In this document: positions 55,900-64,000 of the stretch, piece after piece
Numbering within the stretch: position 1 is the stretch's first letter
How the letters are laid out: every line of letters begins with the position of its first letter
Source of the DNA: Eutreptiella sp. 'Long Island Sound 2002'
Lineage: Eukaryota; Protista; Euglenida
Direction: 5' to 3'
DNA: 64,000 bases
Assembly: GCA_964036045.1 (NCBI GenBank)
Contig: OZ038379.1
Location: forward strand, 31,186,001-31,250,000
The notes under the pieces: generated by a model
The model's input: only the letters and a program-made list of their open reading frames with translations
What the model was told of the DNA's origin: nothing
The model's database searches: none
Position numbers and translations under genes: made by a program

Positions 55900-58400
55900 T
55901 CAAAGAAAAAAATGTGCCAAACCTAAAATCCAGCAGTGCTTGGACTTCCAATGTTGCAACAACTTCCCGCTCGTCCCGCTTTTGGTGCTTGGGGTCACTT
56001 TGGGAAATGGGCTTCGCATGCAGCCTATACATAAGCCAATTGTTGTGACTATGGGAGACCCAGCCTTGCGGCAAGAAATGAAGCAAAGTGTCATGAAATG
56101 TTCTGAGTGCTTGGTATGAGCCTAGAATGGGGCCCAACGGGTGATGTTGTTCACTTCCACTACCCACTTTTGTACACATGATTCAATGGGGGGCACCGCC
56201 GCGGTGGCAGTGCATAGAACACAACAACATCCTTTTTGCGTAGCCCATAGTACTAGCCCTGAGTGGTGCACAAAATCAGTTGTGCTGGGAAATTTATCAA
56301 CTTCTCGGTTCACATTCAAATGTGCCAGTCCCCAAAGCAAGCAAGCAAGGAGGTTTGCATTTTTTTTTTGAAGTATATGCAATCAAATCATTAAGACCAT
56401 GGTGCACCGACTCAAGTCCAAAGTGTTCTCAAGTGGTCAAGCCCGATAAGTATTTTGCAACGATGAGAAGCGTCGTTCTTGAAAGCTCAACTTTTCTCCT
56501 AAACACCGCAGACAAAATCCCTCAGGGATAGGGGGAGCTCAGTTATTGGGGAAAGGGCCCAGTGCCACTGTCCAACTTCAGCTTGGCTTTGTGTCAAGGT
56601 GCCATTAGGGTCCAGGATTGCAACTTCGCCCATCTACCAAGCTAGGTAGAAGGGAATAACCGGTCATTGACAAATAACGGTGACAGTTTTGAATACCCTT
56701 TGAGGAGACTACATGCCAGGTTGGAGGCAAAAATCAGAGCACTACAAGCGAAGCCCAACCTTTCGCATCGAACATGTTCTTGACTTTGATGATGCCTTTT
56801 TTGATCAGGTTTGTGTTGAAATATGGTGGTCATAGCTTTGGGTAAATAGGATAGAGTTCCATAACGGTGCATCCATCATTGGTGATATGGACTTCACATG
56901 TGTTGTTGCCCGCGCCATTGAGAACACCTTTAGGCTTCCGGCTATTTAGTAAACGTCATTGTACGGGAGCCTACTCAGTTGTGCCAATGGAAGGACTACA
57001 CAGGTGATAGTACCCCATATTAGGTGCAAAAATTGGCAAAACCGTACGGCGCATTGTGCGGAAAATTGAGAGGATCATGAATCTATTGTACACCGGCAAG
57101 CGCACTTTGGGCTTGCAACCATGTCGATGGAAGCGGGAGAGCTTAAGCCCCCATCCTCAGGATGTGATGAAAGCCGGTGGTAGGTGAGCCCATTGCTATC
57201 AAATCCAAAAAGTACATTCAACACATTGGTTCACGCTGAAACCATTGAGGCAAAGGTAACATAGACCGTAGCAATCAGCAGCAAAATGGGTTGAATGCAC
57301 ACCTTGAGGAGGCGTTCCTTTTCAGCAACTAATAGTCCTATGTTGTTTGGTACTTTGGCCTTGTGAAACGCCTCCTTGAGTGAGTCAACGCAAGCATCTT
57401 TAGTGGAAGAGTGTGCAATTTGAATCCCAAGATACTTGACGCAAGGCCTTTGGGCCAACCTTCATCCTGCAAATGCTATAAAACTGCTCCAGGGAAACCC
57501 CTTAACCACATAGGCAGATTTACTTAAGTGGATACAGAGCACTAACACCGCGGCAAGCGATGTAATGCAAGTTACTACTCGTCGATGGTTCCCCACGGGA
57601 TGGTAATGAGTAGGTAATCTATGTTCAGGTAGATGCTTACTCCTCCTTGTGTTTCATTGAGTGCAATTATTACAAAAGGAAAAAGGGGGGGTCCCCTTAC
57701 AGAATCTTGTCTGCGGGCTCCCCATATGTTCCCTTATGAACTTTTGATAGGGGAAAAATAGGATCACATGAGCTATGAGACTACCAAATTTACAATTGTC
57801 ATGGCAGTTCTATGATACAACAAGTAAAACCGCCCGGACATGTGTATGATGTGTTTGCGAAAGTGTAGGGAAAACATTGCACCGTCATAAGGATCATGGA
57901 ATCCTTTGTGGTCCATTCCCCCCGAACATTCCATATGTGTTGCATCATATGATTGCACTTGCAAGAGCCAACTTGTTGGCTAAGTGTGATCAAAAACAAG
58001 AAATCCTGAAATTGTAAAAGCACCACAGTCATGACAAACTTTCATTTTGCTTGCTAAAGTAATACGGGCGGCTCGTCCACTGTTGCAGCTCATGCGGTTT
58101 TCGGGGTGTGGCTAATGAAGCCCTCCCCCGAGGGGTCCGGAAACTCTCGTGATGATTGGGCGTCTTGAAAAATAAGTAACGTCTGTGGAGCAAAGAGCTC
58201 CGCAAAATGTGAGCATACAAGGAGGGACATATATTGCGTCCTGCAAAGCCCTTGGGACTTGCCTCTCTAGGGTGTCCTCCACAAGCTCAAGCAACACTGG
58301 GCACAATACGACAAAAGCAATTATTTTCACCATTGTAGGGATGGGTAGGGATTGCAAATATTGCAGACAATATTCCATAGAGCCCCGTGTTCCTATGAGA
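55900..58400 (-). mobile_element. Degenerate LINE reverse-transcriptase region
   Basis: KIL*GTPLFPF (IRQGDPLSP-like), IYLNIDYLLI (YxDD-like), CVKYLGIQI...EKERLLKVCIQPILL (thumb region). Heavily mutated. Confidence 0.55.
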
Positions 58401-61219
58401 TACTTGTCGATTGCTTTGGAGGGTTTGTGCTAATCGGAAGGGGCTATAGGATCAATTCATCTCTTGGTCTGCAAGCAGGCCCTGAAATTCACTTCAGCTA
58501 TCCGGACCTATATTATCGCCATCTAAGTGTTCAAAAAATTGCATTAACGTGGTATACACCAACGTGTGCGAAGAGGAGTGCAGTGGAGTGCAGTGGAGTC
58601 CCTGTGTCTTCATGTAGACCCACCCTTGCGCATAGACCCAAGTAGATGGCTATAGCAGCGTCAGCAAAGACGAGAGTGGCATGGTGGTTGTGTGCTTGTG
58701 GTGCTTTTTTGATAGAGGACTCAACCTACGCCCACTACAGTAGGCTTGAGTGGTCTTCCCATTGCGAACAACAAGCTTTGGGTGCATGTAACTAAGAAAA
58801 ATTTATTTGTTGCTGACACGAGACCGAGTTCCAGCCAAATGGCCTACGGCGTGTGTGGGCACCTGGGCCCAAGACATATGTACAGCATGAATTGGGAAAC
58901 TTGCAGCCTCACGTGGATGAGGCATTGACCTGCCTTGACCCCATTGGCGCCCAATGCATGTCCTGTGTACGTGCATGCCCTTTTTTTGTTTCATTTCGAC
59001 CCGATGGCGAAGCCCTAGGTCCCTTTTGGTATGTTTTTTTTGAGTAACCTTTTTTCCATGTGCTCAAAGTTCGCCATCATAGCTCTCAATATTATGGCGA
59101 CGCCAAGCTCGCAACAACTTGCACTATGTAACCGTTATGTCATGAGCCATGGTACTGATTTGCGAAGATCTGAGACTGCGGATGGAGGGTGCAAATGTTG
59201 GCTCATGAAGAAAATCCACAAACGACATTGTTTCCTAGAGGGAACAAGGCAATGGCCATGAACGTTGGAATCTGCTTTGGAGGGTGTAAGAACCCACCTG
59301 CGGATTTGTTGCATTGTTCACATAAATGATGTCCGGCGATTCCACATCATCATCATCCACCTTCAACATCTAACTTAGAACCTGCAGCAAAACCGGGTGA
59401 AAGGGGGCTAAAATGGGTAGAAATGGGTGAAAATTAGTGGCAATTCAATTGTGCCACATCCTCAATGCAAAAGAAGCGTTAAAAAAAATGAGTTATGGGA
59501 CAACTAAATGATGAAAAGGGCCCAAGACTAGGGTTCAACTAGTTGCCAACATACAAAAATTTGCAATGTGTGCACCGCGTTCCCCCAACGACGATGCAGC
59601 CCTTGAGTTCAAGCACACATGAGATGTGTAAATACATTAATGCAATTTGCGCTCCCAAAGAGAGCGTGTGTCATAGGGCATAGGGCATAAGAATGTGTTG
59701 ATGGACATATGCCGAGCCCCAATTTTTTGGGGAGACCTAAGGGGGCGAAGAAAACATTGCATACCAATCATCTTGGGGTTCTAGGGTGCAAACCGCGGAT
59801 ACATTGGATCTTCTACTAGATAGAAAGACTGTCGGCAAACAATTTGCCAAGCTGTGGGCACGCTAATGATCCCTGTGCAGATTGTCTATCAGGCTGTGCG
59901 CGCTTGAATTGTGATCCCTGTACTACGCAGACAGATTGACAAGTTGTGCATGCAATAGATTGTGATCATGGTGTACAATGACAGAATGTGGGCGCGCCAA
60001 AGTGTGACTCCAATGCGATGCAGATTGACTCTCAAGTTGTTTGTGCATAAACGAGCGATTGCTGAAAAAACGGACGACAGGATGTGGCTCGCGTAACTTG
60101 TGATTGATGTGGCTGAGTGTGCGACAACGGGCAACATACTGGTCCAAATTATCCCTTGGTGGTAATTCGGGGTAACAAGCAAAATTGGGGTGGTTCCAAA
60201 GCAATTGGAACACAAACACAATTGTGGCTATCCTCCCCTAAAGCCAAGATAGCCAAACTAAGAGGCATGCAAAAACACCGCAATGAAGCACTGAATCAGT
60301 GAGGCAACAAAGCAAACAAGCTGGAGGTTAGCCCCATGTCATCCCCTATCTGGTGTGCTTGTGCTTGGATGTTTGTTTTACATGTTTGTCTTGTATTCGT
60401 CTGTGTCCGTTTGTTGTATCAACACACATTTTGTGTGGGCATCAAACTTCTTGCACATTCTCCAGGACGCTACTAGATCGGCCGATCTTCAAACGTTTAG
60501 TGATCCCGAGCAACGCCTAATCATTATCATTGTTGCCGACCAAAGCTCAAAAGCTGTGCCAACCGTAAGTGGTGTCCCATGATTTGCAAATCACATCACT
60601 TGACCCTTTTGTCACCACAGGGTGCCGACATGATGGTGGGCAAGGGTAAGCGTGGTGGAAGCGCTCTACAAGTGCCCCCACACTAAGAATGGGTTTGGGT
60701 GATAGGGGGGTATGTGGCGGATCAGCATCACAAAACTCATTGTGGGGACTTTTGCAACACTCATTAACAATTTGACAAATTTTGCCTCTACCAGCTTTGC
60801 ATCATCCAAAGGCTCCATGCTTCAAGAGGTGCCATGGGTCGGTTGCATCAGCATGAGAAACCAAGATCAGCTGGTCTAAATTGTCATATGTATGCTTTAC
60901 TTGCCGTGTCCCCGTGGTGGACACCAATCATGGGGGAGGGGAGGGGGCATAGTACCGCCAAAACAAACTACGGACCGCCATTAGCATTGTGCATATAGGT
61001 AACGCACACATGGAAATACCAACGTCAGTGAGCGGAACCACTAAGGCGAGGTAGCTTCTCGGGGTCTTTTGTTGCACTGGCAGCGAGGCAGAGCCTTTCC
61101 ATGTCGGGATCGGCATGAGACAGAATCATGTAGGCTAGCATGGCGTGAGGAAAACTATAGGCTTATCCTTAATATCCCAACGTTATGGGGCAATATGTGA
61201 ACACATGTGGTGGTGGCAG

Positions 61220-61730
61220 TTCAAGCACTGGATCCCACGTTGGTGTTGTTGTCCAAAGGCTGCCTAAACGCATCACAACAACGTGGCGCGGTGTAGCTGT
61301 AAAAGCACCAATACTTTCCTCGTTAACCCACAATTCCCAATGAGTTTCAAGAGGTATGATATGTAAAGTGGTGAATGCATATGTTGCACACCGGACTACT
61401 GAATGATGGCATGGGCGGGAGAAAGGATGGAGGGTTGTGGCCCAGATGGCCTGGTGCAAAACTGGCAAATCGTGACGAAATCACCAAGATCACACACACA
61501 TCCTGGAGATTGTGTACCCCATGAAACCTACAAATGTTCGGCTAGCACACCCTTCTTGCGATCGTAAACCATGCGGAACAAATGCACATGCTCACCACTT
61601 CCTGCCTTCGAAGATGCCTTTGCTCAGGTTTATCAGATGGTTTGGGCTAAGACAACTTCAAGTTCTTGGGAATGAAATTGCCTTGCATGTGGTCTCTTGT
61701 AAAATACAACTTGCCATGAAAGACATGGGC
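61220..61730 (-). mobile_element. Degenerate LINE APE endonuclease fragment
   Basis: SCILQETT, DLGDFV and TWDPVLEL occur in the expected order of APE motifs (LQET, GDFN, SDHxPV). Confidence 0.4.
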
Positions 61731-62402
61731 CATTCCCCACACACCTCGGGCAGCCTTAGCCCAAACAAATTCAGTGGGAGCATCATCGGAGTTACTAGAA
61801 TCATCACTTGAATAAGAGGACTCACGAATGGGCTGGGTTCAAGCGTGCAAACACTCACAACAAATGTGTGCATGACTCTATGTGACTGGCAAAGTTGTCA
61901 AACCCGTGTCTTATGTGGTTGCACTATGCTTGGTACCGAATAAAACCTAGGTACCAAACTAGAAAGTTTTATAGTGTTTTCAGCACTGTGTTTTTGTTGT
62001 GCCTCTCCTGCTACTTGCTGCTGGTGTAGGGTTCCTGCTGCTTGTTTTTGATGAGGAAAATGTTTTATTGTTGAAATACAACCAATCCAGGATAACCCAA
62101 GCCAGAGATAAGCAAGTAGAAGATAAGCATGAATCAAAGCATGAAGGGCTGCAACCACAAAGAGTTAGATAAAGACAAATATCAACAATAGACCACAGCA
62201 ATTAACATACATTGCAACTCAGGATGAAATATTTTACATGTTTGAGAAAAACTGATTGAAAAACTGGCCCATGGGCTCTCACTCTTCCATAGTGCCATCT
62301 TGAGATGTGCACTCTTTGTTTTTGGGTCCCATAGGTGCTGAGCTGGCATGGCTTGTGGCGCTGAGGTCACTGCCATGTCACATGGGATATTCCTACTTAG
62401 CT

Positions 62403-62480
62403 AGGCTGACTGGGTATTGAACCCAGGACCTCTTAAAAAGAGGTGCCCCAGCCCCCTAGGGTGCATACCACTAGGATAGC
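62403..62480 (-). pseudogene. tRNA-Pro-like relic / tRNA-derived SINE head
   Basis: The minus strand has CTAGTGGTATG (A box/D arm) and GAGGTCCTGGGTTCAATACCCAGTCAGCC (variable loop, perfect T arm, acceptor 3' strand). The anticodon region is expanded and the 5' acceptor strand is lost. Confidence 0.5.
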
Positions 62481-64000
62481 TAAGAATTCATGAGAAAACA
62501 TAGATAAATTCATAGGCTCTGCCTTCAGTATATCAGTGCCTCAGTCACCCAGGAAAAGATGTTTTAGTGCATATAACTTGGGGATTAAGGGGTCCACACC
62601 ACATCCTGATTTAGTGTTTGGTTCCATAGGTCAAAATGTGTTATCACCCATTTTGGTTAGGCCAAGACTAAGATAAAAATGCAAGAGTGCTTAGAGCACC
62701 TCTAATACAATTAAAGTATACCCTAAAGCATTGGAAAAGCACTTTTTCGTACTCCCCCCTTGCGCTGTGGTGGCCACCACTGTCGCATTTTCAGGAAAAA
62801 GGGATTTTTTCTTGGCCTTTCCTTGGTTTCCACACCTACTTTAAAATACCTATAGCTTCCCTAACACTAGAAAAGAGCGCTTTACCATGGCCAGCGACTC
62901 TTGCTGCAATGTTCATGACAATTTCCAACAGAAAACTCAGCGCTCTCGGCGCTGTAGGGGTTACTGTGGCTTGGTGGGGTTAGCATAGGGCATGCAAAGA
63001 CCATATGAGTATGCATCCCTCCCTCCAAGCTGCAGCGTAACACAACCCAGCGCCAGACGCTAATAGGACGCTCGATCTAAGTCTCATGGAACCTGATGGA
63101 GACACCTGTCCTGGTACTGGGGCGAGGGTTCGACGATCAAATTAGAATGGCCCCTTGGAGGGGTCTTGGTTCTGGTTCAGTCTCCTGCTGCTGCTTTTCG
63201 GCCCGAAAAGCGGCCTACTCAGCGAGACTTTGCGAGGATATCTGTACAACAGAGGAATGGAAGGATGAGAGACGAATCCACGCAAACGCGAAGCGACAAC
63301 ACCTAAATCCGTTAAGGGACGGCCTAGAATTTTTCTGAAAGCACATACCTGAACAGAATCCAATTGTGCATCAGATGCACATTTTTATAAAATTTGTAGT
63401 CATTTCTTGATTTTTTAAATCAAGAAATTCCCACGCAGAAAAAGGCGGCGCGCAGGAGCGGGTCTTAGCGAAGCGCCGGAAAATAAAGAATTAATAAGAT
63501 TATAAACGTATGTTACGTATAATGACAAAAATGACGAGACGTACATTAATAAATAAACATAAAGATCTCACCCACACTGACAGAAAGAATCAAAATTCCA
63601 AGAATTCCAAAATCAAAGAAAAGACTTCAATGAATCAGGTATAAACCATAGGTGTGCTCGTCTCGTATGCAGCATGCACATTGCTCGTCTCGTGTGTCCG
63701 TGAACGTGCCTTGTAGCAGCGCTAACAAACGATAGAGGGCTAGATTAAAAAGCTTGCAGGTGATTAGAGGTGAGATTAGAGAAAACACAGATGGCCTTCG
63801 GCCAGGGAGTTGTTGTCACGGGGGGCTAACGGTCCTGCCCTGCGGTGCAATGCGGGGCAACCGTGACAACTGCTCTTATAGCACAACCACCCTTTTTGTT
63901 GCACTGATTAGAACATACACACTTATGCATAGCGTCGCGTCTCGCTTGTGCTTCGCTTTTTCCCTCACCTTGCTTCACTCTCCAGCGGTAGGTAAGGTAG

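Overview
Eukaryotic, repeat-rich (GC-rich, many G/C homopolymer runs) 64-kb window containing one clear protein-coding gene. It is a minus-strand, six-exon homologue of the thylakoid-lumen cyclophilin CYP38/TLP40, join complement(50553..50751, 48062..48531, 16097..16279, 12744..12842, 10517..10726, 7020..7526), 1668 nt, 555 aa. All five introns are GT-AG, and intron 2 is about 31.8 kb. The about 200-aa presequence reads as signal peptide + transit peptide + stop-transfer helix + lumen-transfer domain. A T-tract/AG just before the ATG looks like a spliced-leader acceptor. Together these point to a photosynthetic euglenid (inference; a peridinin dinoflagellate is the main alternative). The rest is degenerate mobile DNA and satellites. 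These include a hAT transposase remnant ending in a SAP domain, a DIRS/VIPER-like RT-RNase H element, several LINE fragments (APE, RT, RNase H), a Mutator-like remnant, MITEs and tRNA-derived relics. There is also a ~6-kb foldback whose 2.6-kb inverted arms are built from a ~50-bp satellite plus a unique inner domain. A ~450-nt segment at 3.7-4.1 kb has many perfect stems in pseudoknot order and remains unexplained. All calls were made by eye from the sequence and ORF track; no searches were run.
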